DNA of 64,000 nucleotides, taken from Clostridium sp. CAG:245. GTDB lineage: Bacteria; Bacillota; Clostridia; TANB77; CAG-508. Both the position numbers and the translations under genes were made by a program. Below are positions 30,912-42,123 of this stretch, in pieces. Location: NCBI GenBank assembly GCA_000435175.1, contig FR880046.1:47271-111270 (forward strand), given 5' to 3'. Position 1 is the stretch's first letter. Every line of letters starts with the position of its first letter. The notes below the pieces were generated by a model. The model had not been told where the DNA came from, did no database searches, and saw only the letters and a list, made by a program, of their open reading frames with translations.

Positions 30912-31769
30912 ATGGGAGAGAAGGCTTATTTTACGACTTTATCAACAGAAAATTATTTACCAGGAGTTATTGCACTAAATCAAGCATTAAAAAATGTGCA
31001 TTCTAAATATCCATTATATGCATTACTTAGCAACGAGATTTCTGAAGAGATAGAAGAAAAATTAAATAAAAAAGGTATAAAAACTATAAGAAGAGAAAAA
31101 GTTGACTTGCCTCAAGAAATAATAGATAGAAACAGGTCAAGGGCAAAGAATAGATGGAATTACACTTTTGATAAACTAAATATTTTTGAACTAACAGATT
31201 TCGAAAAAATTGTATTTATAGATAGTGACATTTATGTAAGACAAAACATAGATTGTTTATTTGATAAACCACATATGTCAGCCGTAATAGATAAACATTA
31301 TGGTCCAAATTTAACGTGCAGATGCTTGGAGCTTACATCTGGGGTTATTGTAGTAGAACCTAGAAAAGGACAAATTGAAAAATTTAAAGAAATAATAAAA
31401 ACAATAATAGACAAACGAGATGCAATAGGGGATCAAGATATATTGCAGGAATATGACCATGAGTGGAAAAATAAACCTGAGTTACATCTAAAAAATAAAT
31501 ATAATATATTCTTTCCATATCTAGAGTACTATGTAAACTTTCAAGAATATTCGATGGATGACTTAGCTGTAATTCACTTTATATATCCATGGAAACCTTG
31601 GATGCTTGATAAAGAAAACAGAGTTAACGAATATGTTGAATACATAGATGGATTTACGAAAGAATGCTATGAAGAAGAAAAAGCTCCAGAATACATAGAT
31701 TGCTTATATGGAGATCGTAGACACGCTAAAAAGATTGTAGAAGAATATTGCAAACTAATTGAAGAGTAA
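30912..31769 (+). CDS. Glycosyltransferase family 8 protein (glycogenin/LPS galactosyltransferase-like)
   Basis: N-terminal YFTTLSTENYLPGVIALNQAL and DxD motif IVFIDSDIYV typical of GT8. Confidence 0.8.
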   Translation: MGEKAYFTTLSTENYLPGVIALNQALKNVHSKYPLYALLSNEISEEIEEKLNKKGIKTIRREKVDLPQEIIDRNRSRAKNRWNYTFDKLNIFELTDFEKIVFIDSDIYVRQNIDCLFDKPHMSAVIDKHYGPNLTCRCLELTSGVIVVEPRKGQIEKFKEIIKTIIDKRDAIGDQDILQEYDHEWKNKPELHLKNKYNIFFPYLEYYVNFQEYSMDDLAVIHFIYPWKPWMLDKENRVNEYVEYIDGFTKECYEEEKAPEYIDCLYGDRRHAKKIVEEYCKLIEE

Positions 31770-31917
31770 ATTATTAAAAATACAACAATTAGACACCTAT
31801 TTATACTAAAAAAATAGTGCAAAAGATAAAATGCAACTGAAAGTTTACAAAAAGATAATGAAAATTGGTGGTGCAACTTTATTTATTTGCTCTATAATTT
31901 AGGTGGAGGTGAGAAAA

Positions 31918-33300
31918 ATGAGATTTAGTGAAAAATTACCAAAACTAAGAAAAAACAATAATTTATCGCAGGAACAACTTGCAGAACAATTAGGCGTATC
32001 TAGACAAGCAGTTTCAAAATGGGAGGCTGGCAATTCCTATCCAGATATGGAAAAAATGCTACAAATGTGCCAAATATTAAATTGCCACTTGGAAGATTTA
32101 ATGGATGATGGTTCAATAGGAAATACTTCAATAGAAGGTTCGAAAAACAAGATTGATTTAAATGTATGCATGCAAGACTTTTTAAATTTTATAACAAAAC
32201 TATATAATATGTTTGTTAGCATGAGGTTTAAAGAAAAAATCAAATTTATATTTGAAATGGTATTTATAATTCTAATTTTGTTGCTATCTGGGTTATTAAT
32301 TATGAAACTTTTAGAATACATAATTTATGGAATTCTTCCATTACCTATATTATGGAAAATATTAAGCAAAGTAATTACGCTTATATTGATTGCAGTTGGA
32401 GGAGTAATTTTTATTCATTTACTAAAAATTAGGTATCTAGATTATTATGTAACAATAGAGGATCAAAATATTACGAAGAAGAGTATTGAAGAACCTATTG
32501 AAAAAACAGAAAATAGACACTACGAAGAAAAGTCAAAAGAAAAAATAATTATTAGAGATCCAAAACATTCTGGTCCGGCTTTTCTAAAAGTAATTGAAAA
32601 AATCATAGTAATAATGATAAAACTATTTATGATTTTCATTGCAATTCCAGTGGTAATAGGATTCGTAATTGATGTTGGTTGCACAGTGGTTTCATTGTAC
32701 CATATTATATATGGAAATATATTCGCGGGAATTGCATTTGTTGGAATTGGTATAGCTTTAATTCTTTATAGCTTTATGGAATTAGCATTTAATTTTGTTG
32801 TAGACAAAGAACAACATTTTAAGAAAATATTTATAATTGCAATAATAGGCTTGATAACTTGCGGGGTAGGAGCAGGAATAGCAATAGGGTCATACCTAAA
32901 TTTCGAACATGGTTCAACAGATCAATATAATGAATATAAAACATTATCACAAGAAATTCCAATGTCTGATAATTTATGGATAACAAAAAACTATGAGCAT
33001 GAATATATTATAGACAATTCAATAGGTACAGTAAACATTGAAGTAAAATATTTGAATGGAATAGAGCCTAAATTAGAAATAGAAAACAGAAAAAATTCTA
33101 ATGACGAAAACTATCAGTATTGTCTTGTAACATATGACACAAATAGATATATGTTGTATAAAAATATATTACAGGATATAAAAAACAAAAAACTTATTGA
33201 CTATGAGAATCTAAATTCTATTAAATTAAAGATAACAGTATCACAAGAAAACTATGAAAAATTACAACAAAATTATGAAAAATACTGTAAACAATATTAA
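31918..33300 (+). CDS. XRE-family HTH transcriptional regulator fused to a multi-TM domain
   Basis: N-terminal LSQEQLAEQLGVSRQAVSKWEAG helix-turn-helix, then 6+ hydrophobic segments and a soluble C-terminal domain. Confidence 0.7.
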   Translation: MRFSEKLPKLRKNNNLSQEQLAEQLGVSRQAVSKWEAGNSYPDMEKMLQMCQILNCHLEDLMDDGSIGNTSIEGSKNKIDLNVCMQDFLNFITKLYNMFVSMRFKEKIKFIFEMVFIILILLLSGLLIMKLLEYIIYGILPLPILWKILSKVITLILIAVGGVIFIHLLKIRYLDYYVTIEDQNITKKSIEEPIEKTENRHYEEKSKEKIIIRDPKHSGPAFLKVIEKIIVIMIKLFMIFIAIPVVIGFVIDVGCTVVSLYHIIYGNIFAGIAFVGIGIALILYSFMELAFNFVVDKEQHFKKIFIIAIIGLITCGVGAGIAIGSYLNFEHGSTDQYNEYKTLSQEIPMSDNLWITKNYEHEYIIDNSIGTVNIEVKYLNGIEPKLEIENRKNSNDENYQYCLVTYDTNRYMLYKNILQDIKNKKLIDYENLNSIKLKITVSQENYEKLQQNYEKYCKQY

Positions 33301-33450
33301 AACTAAATAAAAAATAACAGGAGTGTGCTTTTGAAAAGAAGTGCACTTAAATTATAAAAAATAAAAGAACAAAAGTTTGCAAAACTATTGAAAAGACACT
33401 ATAAATGTGCTATAATAACAGTGCAAAAATTTTATTAAAGGATGATTTTA

Positions 33451-36279
33451 ATGAATGATAATATTATTATAAAAGGCGCAAAAGAACACAATTTAAAGAA
33501 TATAGATTTAACAATTCCAAGAAATAAATTGGTAGTTGTTACAGGACTTTCGGGTTCTGGAAAATCTTCACTTGCCTTTGATACTTTGTATGCAGAAGGA
33601 CAAAGAAGATATGTAGAGAGTTTGTCTAGTTATGCAAGGCAATTCTTAGGTATGATGGAGAAACCTGAGGTTGAGTCTATTGAAGGACTTTCACCTGCTA
33701 TTTCTATTGACCAAAAGACTACATCTAAGAACCCACGCTCTACAGTTGGAACGGTTACGGAGATTTATGATTATTTGCGTTTATTATATGCAAGAATTGG
33801 AGTGCCATATTGTCCAAACTGTGGTAAGAAAATTGAAAAGCAGACTATTGACCAGATTGTTGATAATATTCTGGAACTTGAAGAAGGAACAAGACTTCAA
33901 GTTTTAGCTCCTGTTGTACGTGGAAGAAAGGGAGAATTTACAAAACAGTTAGAAGATTATCAAAAAGCAGGTTTTATTAGAGTAAGAATAGATAGTCAAA
34001 TGTATGAGCTTGGAGAAGATGAAATTACTCTTGATAAAAAGAAGAAACATAATGTTGATGTTGTGGTAGACAGGTTAATTATTAAAGAAGGTATTCGTGC
34101 AAGATTAACTGAATCTGTTGAAACAGCAATGAAATACGCAAACAACCTAGTTACAATAGATGTACCGGGACAAGAAGAAAAAATCTATTCTCAAAATTAC
34201 GCATGTACGGATTGTGGTATTAGTTTTGAAGAGTTAACACCAAGAATGTTCTCTTTTAACAATCCATTTGGAGCCTGCCCAGAGTGTACTGGTATTGGCT
34301 ATTTAATGAGAATTGATGAGGATTTAATAATTCCAGATAAAGATAAGACACTATATGATGGTGTAAAAGCTTTCGGAGCTAGCACCATGAAAAAAGGCGA
34401 TACTATGGCTAAGATGTACTTTGAGAGTATTGCAAAACATTATGGAGTTAAAATTAAAGATGTTCCAATTAAAAAATTACCAAAGGATTTCTTAAATAAA
34501 ATTCTATATGGTACAGGAGATGAAGTAATTGATTTTGAATATACATCTGCTGCCGGAACAAGAAAATTTTCTACTCCATTTGAGGGCGTAATTCCAACCC
34601 TTGAAAGACGTCATAATGAAACAAAATCTAATGGTATGAGAAGTTTTTACGAGATGTACATGAGTGAGTCTCCCTGTCTTGCTTGCCATGGGGCTCGTTT
34701 AAGAAAAGAAAGTTTATCTGTAAAAATTGGAAATTTAAACATAAAAGAACTTACAGATATGTCAATAGATAAAATAAAAGAATATATAAATAACATAGAG
34801 CTTACACCAACCCAGGCAATGATTGCAGAACAGATCTTACAAGAGTTAAATAAACGTTTACAATTTTTAATAGATGTTGGACTTGATTATTTAACACTCT
34901 CGAGACCAGCTGGTTCTTTATCTGGTGGTGAAGCACAACGTATTAGGCTTGCAACCCAAATCGGTGCTGGTCTTACAGGGGTTCTATATATTCTTGATGA
35001 ACCAAGCATTGGACTTCATCAAAGAGATAATGACAAGCTAATTGCTACATTGAAGAAATTAAGAGATTTAGGAAATTCTGTTATAGTTGTAGAACATGAT
35101 GAAGATACGATGTATGCTGCTGACCAGATTATAGATATTGGACCAGGAGCCGGAGTACATGGTGGAAATGTAATGGCACAAGGAACTGCAGAAGAGATAA
35201 AAAATACACCAGGTTCTATAACAGGTGATTATTTGAGTGGAAGAAAACAAATAGTAGTTCCAAAGAAAAGAAGAAAGTCTAATGGAAAATCTATAGAAGT
35301 AGTTGGGGCAACAGAACACAACCTAAAAAATATTACAGCAAAATTTCCATTAGGACAATTTATATGTGTAACAGGTGTTTCTGGTTCAGGAAAATCAACA
35401 CTCGTAAACGAAATTTTATATAAGACGATTGCAAGAGACTTAAATGGTTCTAATGAAAAGCCAGGAAAATGCAAGCAAGTAAAAGGCCTTCATAATATAG
35501 ACAAGATAGTAAACATAGACCAATCACCAATAGGAAGAACTCCTCGTTCAAATCCAGCAACATATACTGGTGTGTTTGATATGATAAGAGATTTATTTGC
35601 AGGCACAAACGAAGCAAAAATGAGAGGATATGACAAGGGAAGATTTAGCTTCAATGTTCCAGGTGGAAGATGCGAAGCTTGCTCTGGAGATGGAGTCTTA
35701 AAAATAGAAATGCATTTCTTATCAGATATATATGTTCCTTGTGAAGTTTGCAAAGGAAAACGTTATAACAAAGAGACATTGGAAGTAAAATATAAAGGAA
35801 AATCAATATCAGATGTTCTAGACATGACTGTTGAAGAAGCATTAGAATTCTTCGATAAAATACCAAGAATAAAATCAAAAATTCAAACATTGTATGATGT
35901 TGGTTTAGGTTATATCAAATTAGGACAACCTTCAACAACACTATCTGGTGGCGAGGCTCAACGTGTAAAATTGGCAACAGAACTTTCTAAGAAAGCAACA
36001 GGAAAAACCTTATACATCTTAGATGAACCAACCACAGGACTACATATTGCAGATGTTCATAGATTAGTAGATATTTTACAAAGACTTGTAGATACAGGAA
36101 ATACAATAATTGTAATAGAACATAATCTAGACTTAATAAAAACTTGCGACCACATAATAGATTTAGGACCGGAAGGCGGAGATAAAGGTGGACAAGTAAT
36201 AGCAGTAGGAACACCAGAACATATTGTAAAAAATGAAGATAGTTATACAGGAAAATTCTTAAAAAAATATCTTAATTAA
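33451..36279 (+). CDS. uvrA: Excinuclease ABC subunit UvrA
   Basis: Two ABC ATPase modules ([15 protein letters not shown]; [13 protein letters not shown]), zinc-finger cysteines, LSGGEAQR signatures, ~940 aa. Confidence 0.95.
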   Translation: MNDNIIIKGAKEHNLKNIDLTIPRNKLVVVTGLSGSGKSSLAFDTLYAEGQRRYVESLSSYARQFLGMMEKPEVESIEGLSPAISIDQKTTSKNPRSTVGTVTEIYDYLRLLYARIGVPYCPNCGKKIEKQTIDQIVDNILELEEGTRLQVLAPVVRGRKGEFTKQLEDYQKAGFIRVRIDSQMYELGEDEITLDKKKKHNVDVVVDRLIIKEGIRARLTESVETAMKYANNLVTIDVPGQEEKIYSQNYACTDCGISFEELTPRMFSFNNPFGACPECTGIGYLMRIDEDLIIPDKDKTLYDGVKAFGASTMKKGDTMAKMYFESIAKHYGVKIKDVPIKKLPKDFLNKILYGTGDEVIDFEYTSAAGTRKFSTPFEGVIPTLERRHNETKSNGMRSFYEMYMSESPCLACHGARLRKESLSVKIGNLNIKELTDMSIDKIKEYINNIELTPTQAMIAEQILQELNKRLQFLIDVGLDYLTLSRPAGSLSGGEAQRIRLATQIGAGLTGVLYILDEPSIGLHQRDNDKLIATLKKLRDLGNSVIVVEHDEDTMYAADQIIDIGPGAGVHGGNVMAQGTAEEIKNTPGSITGDYLSGRKQIVVPKKRRKSNGKSIEVVGATEHNLKNITAKFPLGQFICVTGVSGSGKSTLVNEILYKTIARDLNGSNEKPGKCKQVKGLHNIDKIVNIDQSPIGRTPRSNPATYTGVFDMIRDLFAGTNEAKMRGYDKGRFSFNVPGGRCEACSGDGVLKIEMHFLSDIYVPCEVCKGKRYNKETLEVKYKGKSISDVLDMTVEEALEFFDKIPRIKSKIQTLYDVGLGYIKLGQPSTTLSGGEAQRVKLATELSKKATGKTLYILDEPTTGLHIADVHRLVDILQRLVDTGNTIIVIEHNLDLIKTCDHIIDLGPEGGDKGGQVIAVGTPEHIVKNEDSYTGKFLKKYLN

Positions 36280-36287
36280 TACAAAGC

Positions 36288-36321
36288 AAATCCCCATTGG
36301 TTTTAAAACCGCAGGGGATTT
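36288..36321. terminator. Bidirectional terminator between convergent uvrA and LOG genes
   Basis: AAATCCCC...GGGGATTT outer stem with a nested GGTTTTAAAACC palindrome. Confidence 0.6.
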
Positions 36322-36382
36322 ACTTTCTTTGCGGATACTTACCGCAGAGTTTTGAGCAAATTAAAAATGTAACAACTTATAC

Positions 36383-36937
36383 TTATGAAAGAGATTTCTC
36401 CAATGTGGGAACAATCTCATCTGTGGAGTTTACCACGGTATACAGTTTGGCGTCTTTTTCATCTGCAAAGCCTTCATCATAAACTCGTGCAAGAACGTGT
36501 AAAACGTCATTAAAGTAACCTTGCTCGTTGATGATAATGATGGGGCTGTTGTGTTCACCACAACGTTTTGCCTCTATGCTTGAAAAAAGCTCGTCAATTG
36601 TTCCGATGCCACCAGGCAGAAAAATATGCATGGAAGTATTCTTGAAAATCCAATCCTTGCGCTCACTAACAGTGTTAAAGTCAAACAAATTGCTGTAGAA
36701 AAGCTCTTCGGCATCGTTAATGTATGCCTGAGGAATAGCCACGATTATGTTGGCTTTATTAAGTAACATACATTTGTACATAAGCCCCATAAGGCCTCTT
36801 GCACAACCGCCAAATACGAGAGTGTGCTTATGCGCAGTTATGAATTTTGTAACTTCAAGTGTTGCCGTGCAATAGCGGCTCCACTTAACGTTATCAGTTA
36901 CATCACGAGACGAACATCCAACAAAAATATTCATCAT
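36383..36937 (-). CDS. LOG family protein (TIGR00730, cytokinin riboside 5'-monophosphate phosphoribohydrolase-like)
   Basis: VFGGCARGLMGLMYK and PGGIGTIDELF motifs. Confidence 0.85.
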   Translation of the reverse strand: MMNIFVGCSSRDVTDNVKWSRYCTATLEVTKFITAHKHTLVFGGCARGLMGLMYKCMLLNKANIIVAIPQAYINDAEELFYSNLFDFNTVSERKDWIFKNTSMHIFLPGGIGTIDELFSSIEAKRCGEHNSPIIIINEQGYFNDVLHVLARVYDEGFADEKDAKLYTVVNSTDEIVPTLEKSLS

Positions 36938-37099
36938 ATGCTCCTTTCAATTATACATGTGTATAAAACGAACTAACTAATTTTACCACAGAATCTTCGA
37001 AAGGTCAACATAATAAAAAATAGCAAAATTACTCTATTGACAGATTAGAACAAAATACATATAATTACTGTATAAATAAATTAGGAACAAGGTGAAAAA

Positions 37100-37804
37100 A
37101 TGGAAAATAATATAATAGAGAATAATATAACAATAGGAATAGAAGGACTAGTTGGAGCTGGCAAAACATCAATTTGTAGGGAATTATTAGACAAAATACC
37201 TAATAGTATAATATTACATGGTGGCAATTTATATAGAGGAATTGTATTTGCATTAATGTCTTCAGGAGCTGACATGAATAAGATTATGCATGGAACAGAT
37301 AAACCAATTGATATAAAGCAAATGATGGATATATTAAAAGTAGAATTGAAAATAGAAAATAGAGAAAGTGTTGTTTATGTTGATGGAAAAGAAATAAATG
37401 AAGAAAGTTTACAATCAGACACAACATCAATGGCAGTTTCTAAAATTGCAAAAGATGCTGATAACACAAAATTCTACATATTTGGAAGAAAATTAATAGA
37501 TGCATATAAAAAGCAATATAATCTAATAATATCAGGTAGAGACTTAATGAAAATTTATCCTGAGCTAGATTATCATTTCTTCGTAACAGCAGATATAGAT
37601 ACAAGAGTAGATAGAAAAATGCATCAATATGAAAATGAAACAATAACAAGAGAAGAATTGAAAAAACATATTGAAGAAAGAGATATGTTGCAGGAGCAAG
37701 CCGGCTTCTACAAGAGATACAGCAAAACAATTGATGTTGATGTAACAGAATGCAAGAATGCAGAAGAATCGGCTATGAAAATATTAGAAAAGATTGCTCA
37801 ATAA
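37100..37804 (+). CDS. Cytidylate kinase-like P-loop kinase
   Basis: IGIEGLVGAGKTS P-loop, NLYRG and IISGRDLMKIYPELDYHFFVTADIDTRVDRK resemble the Cmk lid and NMP-binding regions. Could alternatively be a deoxynucleoside kinase. Confidence 0.55.
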   Translation: MENNIIENNITIGIEGLVGAGKTSICRELLDKIPNSIILHGGNLYRGIVFALMSSGADMNKIMHGTDKPIDIKQMMDILKVELKIENRESVVYVDGKEINEESLQSDTTSMAVSKIAKDADNTKFYIFGRKLIDAYKKQYNLIISGRDLMKIYPELDYHFFVTADIDTRVDRKMHQYENETITREELKKHIEERDMLQEQAGFYKRYSKTIDVDVTECKNAEESAMKILEKIAQ

Positions 37805-37810
37805 AATATT

Positions 37811-37840
37811 TCGCCCCCAAAGGGGCGTCCCTAATGGGCA
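37811..37840 (-). repeat. GC-rich palindromic hairpin element, copy 3 (reverse orientation, slightly diverged)
   Basis: TCGCCCCCAAAGGGGCGTCCCTAATGGGCA is the reverse complement of the consensus with 3 differences. Sits between the kinase-like gene and murD. Confidence 0.6.
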
Positions 37841-37863
37841 AAAAACTAAAAAGGAGTTTAAGT

Positions 37864-39267
37864 ATGGATTTTGTAAATGAAAAGTTAGAAGAATTTAATA
37901 AATTCTTAGATGGTAAAAAGGTTGCTATAATCGGCATGGGTGTTAGCAATGTGCCTTTGCTTGATTATTTTTATGATAAAAATGCGAAAGTTACAGTATT
38001 TGACAAGAGAAATTTATCAGATGAAATTATGGAAAAAATAAATAAATATAGATATGAAGTTGAAATAGGAGAAGATAATCTATCTAGATTACATGGATTT
38101 GATGTTATTTTCAGATCTCCTAGTGCATTACCAACAATACCAGAGTTTGTAGAAGAAGTTGAAAGAGGTGCATTATTAACGTCTGAAATTGAAATGGTAT
38201 TAAAGCTTGCACCATGTAAGGTAATAGGCGTAACTGGCACAGAGGGAAAAACTACTACTACATCAATTATATATGAAATATTAAAGCAAACAGGACGTAA
38301 TTGCTTTTTAGGAGGAAACATTGGAAAGCCTATATTTACTAAAGTAAAAGATATGAGACCAGACGATATAATTGTGCTTGAATTAAGTAGTTTTCAATTA
38401 ATGGGAATGGAAGTTAGCCCAGATATTGCAGTTGTAACAAATATGTTTCCAGACCACTTGAATGTACATAAATCATATGAGGAATATCAAGAAGCAAAGA
38501 AAAATATTCTCTTACATCAAGATAAAAACGGAATAGCAATCCTAAATAAGGATAATGATATTACTAGAAACTTTGCAAAAGATGTAGTCGGAAAAGCTGT
38601 ATTCTTTAGTAGTACAAAGCAATTAAAAGATGGATATGTGTATGACAGAGCTGACCAGATGATAAAACATTGTGTAGATGGAAAATGCATAGAGTTATTG
38701 AAAAAAGATGAAATAAAATTAAGAGGAATTCATAATTACGAAAATATTTGTGCTGCACTTGCAGCAACAGAAACAGTCGCTACTAAAGAACAACAATTAA
38801 ATGCAATAAAGAATTTTAATGGGGTTGAACACCGATTAGAGTTTGTAAGAGAACTAAATGGAGTAAGATATTACAACGATTCTATTGGAACTAGCCCAGC
38901 AAGTACAATTGCGGGATTGAATGCTTTTGATGAAAATATTGTATTGCTAGCAGGTGGATCAGACAAAGGATTAGATTACAAAGAAATTGGAGAAAAAATA
39001 GCACAAAAAGTAGGAACATTAATATTGACTGGCCCAACATCTGAAAAAATTGAAAATGCAACAGTCATAGCATTAGGAGAAATGCAAGACAAGAAAATAG
39101 ACATTATACATTGTACAAATCTTGAAGAAGCCGTTAAAATGGCAAAACAAAAAGCAGTAACAGGAGATGTAGTGTTATTATCGCCGGCAAGTGCAAGCTT
39201 TGATGCCTTCAAAAATTTTGAAGAACGTGGAAAAAAATTCAAACAGTATGTAAATGAACTAAATTAA
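37864..39267 (+). CDS. murD: UDP-N-acetylmuramoylalanine--D-glutamate ligase MurD
   Basis: N-terminal Rossmann VAIIGMGVSNVPL, Mur ligase P-loop GVTGTEGKTTTTS, ~468 aa. Start at the ATG after the AAAGGAG RBS. Confidence 0.9.
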   Translation: MDFVNEKLEEFNKFLDGKKVAIIGMGVSNVPLLDYFYDKNAKVTVFDKRNLSDEIMEKINKYRYEVEIGEDNLSRLHGFDVIFRSPSALPTIPEFVEEVERGALLTSEIEMVLKLAPCKVIGVTGTEGKTTTTSIIYEILKQTGRNCFLGGNIGKPIFTKVKDMRPDDIIVLELSSFQLMGMEVSPDIAVVTNMFPDHLNVHKSYEEYQEAKKNILLHQDKNGIAILNKDNDITRNFAKDVVGKAVFFSSTKQLKDGYVYDRADQMIKHCVDGKCIELLKKDEIKLRGIHNYENICAALAATETVATKEQQLNAIKNFNGVEHRLEFVRELNGVRYYNDSIGTSPASTIAGLNAFDENIVLLAGGSDKGLDYKEIGEKIAQKVGTLILTGPTSEKIENATVIALGEMQDKKIDIIHCTNLEEAVKMAKQKAVTGDVVLLSPASASFDAFKNFEERGKKFKQYVNELN

Positions 39268-39372
39268 CAAAACAAAAACCTTCTCATATAATACAGTATA
39301 TGAGGAGGTTTTAATAATGCAAGAACATTATTAAAATATATCTTCCAGAATAGTTCGAGGGAGGATACAAAT

Positions 39373-39657
39373 ATGTTAAATACTGATGAGTATATGAAAA
39401 CTATAATTGGAGATACATATACAAGAAGTGAGATAAACATAAAAGAGCCAACTTTACAGACGGTAGATTTATATCCAGAGTCATACTTAAAAATTAATCC
39501 GATAGTTATAAATAAATGCAAAAAAATTACACAAAAACCAACAAAAACTTTAATTAATCAAATTACAGATGAAATTCTTGAAGAATTAAATGAAAAAAAT
39601 ACCAAAGATGACATAAAAAGGGCGTTTATTCAAACTTTAGTATTAAATCAACTTTAA
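39373..39657 (+). CDS. Hypothetical small protein
   Basis: 94-aa ORF with a strong RBS (GGGAGG) 7 nt upstream. No recognisable family. Confidence 0.4.
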   Translation: MLNTDEYMKTIIGDTYTRSEINIKEPTLQTVDLYPESYLKINPIVINKCKKITQKPTKTLINQITDEILEELNEKNTKDDIKRAFIQTLVLNQL

Positions 39658-39754
39658 AAGAAAATTTTGCCAAATCAGCAAAATTCAAACTGTATATTCA
39701 ATTTTCAAATGTGCATAATAATATTGTAAATTTTTTTGAAAGGTGGATATATAA

Positions 39755-40192
39755 ATGAAAGTTAAAGATTGTATGTGTAATCATGTTAATTTTGTAAAAC
39801 CAAACACATCTGTACAGGACTGTGCTAAAATGATGTGCGAATGCCATATTGGTTGTACTCCAGTATGCGATGATTCAAACAGATTAGTAGGAATTGTAAC
39901 AGATAGAGACATTCTTTTAAGAGCAGTTGCCTGTGATAAAGATACTTGCAAGACCCAAGTTAGCGAGATAATGACAACACAGCCATGCTCATGTACTCCA
40001 AACAGCGAAATTACAGAGGCTGAAAGATTAATGTCTGAAAAACAAATTAGAAGAATACCTGTAACACAAAACAACAAAGTTATCGGAATTTTAACATTAG
40101 GAGATTTAGCCGCAAATCAATCAGTAGACCAAAAAGAATTGTGTGATACAATAGAATGTATTTGTGGAACAGACGAGCGTAATGCAGAGTAA
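39755..40192 (+). CDS. CBS domain pair protein with a Cys-rich C-terminus
   Basis: Two CBS motifs (GIVTDRDILLRAV; IRRIPVTQNNKVIGILTLGDLA) and a CDTIECICG tail. Confidence 0.8.
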   Translation: MKVKDCMCNHVNFVKPNTSVQDCAKMMCECHIGCTPVCDDSNRLVGIVTDRDILLRAVACDKDTCKTQVSEIMTTQPCSCTPNSEITEAERLMSEKQIRRIPVTQNNKVIGILTLGDLAANQSVDQKELCDTIECICGTDERNAE

Positions 40193-40222
40193 CAAAAAAT
40201 ATAGATAAATAACATTAAAGCA

Positions 40223-40307
40223 AAAATACATCTTATTTTGAAAAACAAGGTCAAGCTCGCCTTTTACCAAGAGCGCCGTACCGAAGTTAAAAAAATAAGA
40301 TGTATTT
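40223..40307. other. Structured intergenic element, copy B: perfect 16-bp stem AAATACATCTTATTTT enclosing a core homologous (as reverse complement) to the element at 9838..9946
   Basis: The loop reverse complement reads CGGTACGGCGCTCTTGGTAAAAGGCGAGCTTGACCTTGTTTTTC. Copy A reads CGGCACATCGCTCTTGGTA[21-nt insert]AAAGGCGAGTTTGACCTTGTTTATC. Confidence 0.5.
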
Positions 40308-40398
40308 CTGCCTTTAAAAGATTAAAATAATTTTATAGTAACGTATACTTTTTGAAAATTACCATAAAATAGTAATATATTATTTATTAGGAGCTATT

Positions 40399-41502
40399 AT
40401 GGTAATTGATATGAATTATTGGACAAAGGTTTTTAGAAAGTTAGTTTTATTGATATTAAGCTTTATAACTATTTATCTAAGTTTCAAACTAGCTTGCTTT
40501 TATATGCCTTTTTTAATTGCATTTGTAATATCTCTTTTGCTAGAGCCTGCTATAAGATTTTTTATGAGAAAATGTAAATTTAGACGAAAAACAAGTGCAA
40601 TTATTGTGATAGTATTTGTACTAGGAATAATTATTGGATTATTAACTTGGGGGATTGCAACACTTGTTTCGGAAGGCTCAAATTTATTAGATAATTTGGG
40701 AACGTATTTTACAAATGCGAGCCAGATGATACAAAAATTTATTGGCAGTGAAAACTTAAAAAAGTTGAACATTCCAGAAAATGTTGTTACGGCTATTGAA
40801 AGGTCTGCAACAGAACTCCTAAATACAGCAGTATTATGGCTAAATTCATTCTTAAAAGGTGTACTAGAATGGATCACGTCGATTCCAACTATTGGAGTGT
40901 ATTTGGCTGTAACATTTTTATCACTGTACTTTATTTGTACAGATAAAGTATACATGATAGACCAACTTGAACACCATTTACCCGAAATGTGGGTAAAGAA
41001 AATTTACAAACATCTGAAAGAAATAATGGAAGTGTTAGGTAGGTATCTAAAAGCTGAGGCAATATTAGTATTGGTGTCATTCATAATTTCGTTAATTGGA
41101 CTCTATATATTCAAACTAACTGGAATGAAAGTTTCATATCCATTACTATATGCACTGGGGATTGGATTTGTAGACGCGCTCCCAATATTCGGGTCGGGTA
41201 GCGTAATGGTCCCATGGGCAATAATCACAGCATGTAATGGAGACATAAGACTTGCAATAAGTATATTTGTGCTATGGATAATAATGTCTGTTGTAAGACA
41301 ATTTATAGAACCAAGAATTGTAGGCAATCACATTGGAATTCACCCGATATTTACATTAATTGCGATGTATACTGGCTTTAAAGTATCTGGAGTAATCGGT
41401 TTGTTTATTGGTCCAATAGCTTTAATAATTCTAAAAAACATATTCAGTAATTTACTTGACAAAGGAGTTGTAAAATCTATATTTTCAAGAGATTATTCAT
41501 AA
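40399..41502 (+). CDS. AI-2E family transporter (sporulation integral membrane protein YtvI-like)
   Basis: 367-aa, 8-TM protein with the UPF0118/AI-2E topology. RBS AGGAG. Confidence 0.75.
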   Translation: MVIDMNYWTKVFRKLVLLILSFITIYLSFKLACFYMPFLIAFVISLLLEPAIRFFMRKCKFRRKTSAIIVIVFVLGIIIGLLTWGIATLVSEGSNLLDNLGTYFTNASQMIQKFIGSENLKKLNIPENVVTAIERSATELLNTAVLWLNSFLKGVLEWITSIPTIGVYLAVTFLSLYFICTDKVYMIDQLEHHLPEMWVKKIYKHLKEIMEVLGRYLKAEAILVLVSFIISLIGLYIFKLTGMKVSYPLLYALGIGFVDALPIFGSGSVMVPWAIITACNGDIRLAISIFVLWIIMSVVRQFIEPRIVGNHIGIHPIFTLIAMYTGFKVSGVIGLFIGPIALIILKNIFSNLLDKGVVKSIFSRDYS

Positions 41503-41564
41503 AAGCAATAAATCTTTCATAGTATGTACCATAAGAAGAACAATTCTTATGGGAGGATTGAAAG

Positions 41565-42113
41565 ATGTATGTTCGCAATTTTAAGCTAAATGGTAAGATG
41601 ATATTTAAAATAGTATTTGTTATTTTAACAATTTTAATATTTATAATGTTTGCAATAGGAGTAATAAATATAATTAATTCAAATGAAAGAATAACATCAA
41701 AGAGTGAAGGAGTTCCACAAAGTGAAATAAATACCATATCTGCAGCCAATTATACAAATGTATTAAAAACAGTTCATGATAATATGAACCAGTATATTGG
41801 TAAAAAAATTAAATTTGTAGGATTTGTGTACAGATTATATGATTTTTCGAATGATCAATTTGTACTTGCAAGGCAAATGATTGTTTCTCCAGATTTGCAG
41901 GCAGTTGTGGTAGGATTTTTGTGTCACTTGAATGGGGCAGAAAAATACAAAGATGGATGTTGGGTAGAAATTGAAGGAACAATAACAAAAGGAGAATACC
42001 ATGGAGAGATTCCGGTTATAGAAATAGAAAAAATAAAAGAGACAAAGACGCCAAATGATGAGTATGTATATCCGCCAGACGAGAGTTATGTACCAACATC
42101 TGCGACTTTATAA
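41565..42113 (+). CDS. Hypothetical membrane-anchored protein
   Basis: N-terminal TM then a soluble domain. Strong RBS GGGAGG. Terminator follows. Confidence 0.5.
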   Translation: MYVRNFKLNGKMIFKIVFVILTILIFIMFAIGVINIINSNERITSKSEGVPQSEINTISAANYTNVLKTVHDNMNQYIGKKIKFVGFVYRLYDFSNDQFVLARQMIVSPDLQAVVVGFLCHLNGAEKYKDGCWVEIEGTITKGEYHGEIPVIEIEKIKETKTPNDEYVYPPDESYVPTSATL

Positions 42114-42123
42114 AGATGAATAA

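Noticed and set aside
37750-37863. Upstream extension of murD overlapping the kinase-like gene
   Set aside because: Extension overlaps the preceding gene and the hairpin element. An AAAGGAG RBS precedes the ATG at 37864, matching MurD N-termini (MDFVNEKL...).
39264-39521. 85-aa minus-strand ORF
   Set aside because: Overlaps the murD 3' end and the well-supported plus-strand small gene with a strong RBS. No RBS of its own; hydrophobic antisense-like composition.
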